Origin: Octopus bimaculoides | Lineage: Eukaryota | NCBI RefSeq assembly: GCF_001194135.2 | Contig: NC_068988.1 | Coordinates: 42,459,395-42,523,394 of the forward strand | Reading direction: 5' to 3' | Length of the DNA stretch: 64,000 nucleotides | Part shown: piece after piece, positions 62,841-64,000 of the stretch | Layout of the letters: every line of letters begins with the position of its first letter | Position numbering within the stretch: the stretch's first letter is position 1 | Position numbers and translations under genes: made by a program | Notes under the pieces: model-generated | What the model was told of the DNA's origin: nothing | The model's database searches: none | The model's input: the letters and a program-made list of their open reading frames with translations, nothing else

Positions 62841-64000
62841 TACAGTAGAAAGAGCTGAACTGTGTTAGTGATCTCTGATGAGATATAAACGCACTGAAAC
62901 TTATCGGTTTGATATTCATCCCAAGCATCTGAAATGGCAGTGGAGTAGGAAAGGGAGAAAGAAGTCAAAACTGTTTGAAGAGTTTGTATGTCAGTCAGAT
63001 ATAGTCATTTATTTTTCTGTGTATCAAATGTTCTTATGGACCTGGATTACAAGATTTTGAATTCAGATGTTGCATTAGGCATGATGTAACGATCACAGAG
63101 TCCATGTTAGGCTGCACTCCCAGTCATCCTCAGGTTTCATTCAGAAGACCTTCTCATCTGAAACCCGTTGTTAGTACGCAGATTGTTTTTCATCCAGGTC
63201 CTTGTCGAATATTCCAAATGTTAATACCAGTATAGGTACAGCAATGCATTACGAAATATATTGTCTTGTTATATGGCAGCTCCAGTTGCCATATTTCTTA
63301 ACCTGGTTTTGATGTTGTTTACACCTAAATCCGCCTTGATCAAGCATACATATGATCAAATGCAGCCAGGTGTAACCATCTCAACTTTTATTCAGAGAGA
63401 ACAACTAAAAATACATTGTGCATAATCCATTTTGGCTCAATATTATCCTTAGATTCGCGCGCGCTTACTTTTATCTGTTGGTGCACAGTTACTGTGGCAC
63501 AACATAGCGGGCCGTTTATTGTCCAAAAGTTGGGAGCGTGGATTTGATCTAGTCCTATCATGGATATCATCAGGTCGGTCTGTCGGATATCATCAGGTTG
63601 GTATCGTTCTCTAATACGATGCCTTGTATATATAAATATGTATGTATGTATGTATGTATGTATCTATTTATGTCAGGTCGCTCTTATAAGTATTCCTGAG
63701 CGCTACTGGTAACATGTAATCCAGTACAACCTGTCTCATGGTCGGGTCGTCGGCGACTAAACTGGCAACCCCACCAAGCTCGCTTGGTGAGGAGGATGAT
63801 TGTTGGCATCCTGCGGGATGAAAAATAAGACTCGTCGAAAGGACGTAAGAACTACTGTGTAGTAACGTCCACCCAACAATGTTTGTTTCTGTGTGTGTGT
63901 TTAAATTCTGTGTGCGCGTGTTGTTATGCTGTGCTGTGTGTGTGTGTATATTTTTATATGCATTTCTTTTTTTATATATATTTTTTTAAATATTTTTTTT

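Noticed and set aside
62870-62920. CTGATGA...GAAAC hammerhead-like spacing
   Set aside because: Neither stem I nor stem II pairs convincingly
63110-63180. CAGATGA/CTGAGGA and GAAAC motifs on the minus strand
   Set aside because: No consistent three-stem arrangement

Overview
AT-rich, microsatellite-rich (TA, CA, ATC, ATT) eukaryotic draft assembly with about 15 N-gaps. The repeat landscape resembles a cephalopod (Octopus-like) genome; this is an inference. The only gene I can identify is the 3' part of a BIG1/BIG2-type Sec7 ARF-GEF (ARFGEF1/2, Sec71 orthologue) on the + strand. I reconstructed 14 phase-consistent GT-AG exons by hand (372-38059, 1953 nt, 650 aa plus stop); the 5' part lies upstream of the window. 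The rest is intron or intergenic DNA filled with RTE LINE tails, tRNA-derived SINEs, mariner fossils, TTAA-MITEs, a probable solo LTR and several Penelope-like element (PLE) remnants. Main observations: (i) at least five sequence-unrelated families of minimal type-I hammerhead ribozymes, mostly in inverted or partial-tandem pseudo-LTR arrangements, one copy sense inside a BIG intron and one pair flanking a GIY-YIG remnant; (ii) two reciprocal perfect hairpins (6690 and 7893) that reconstruct a single repeat copy split at a CACT-TTAC-AGTG stem-loop; (iii) a candidate 24-nt in-frame microexon; (iv) a stop codon overlapping a consensus splice donor; (v) a symmetric NRF1/ETS/E2F/CRE promoter-like motif cluster near 62.7 kb. 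All folds and alignments were done by eye; nothing was computed or searched.
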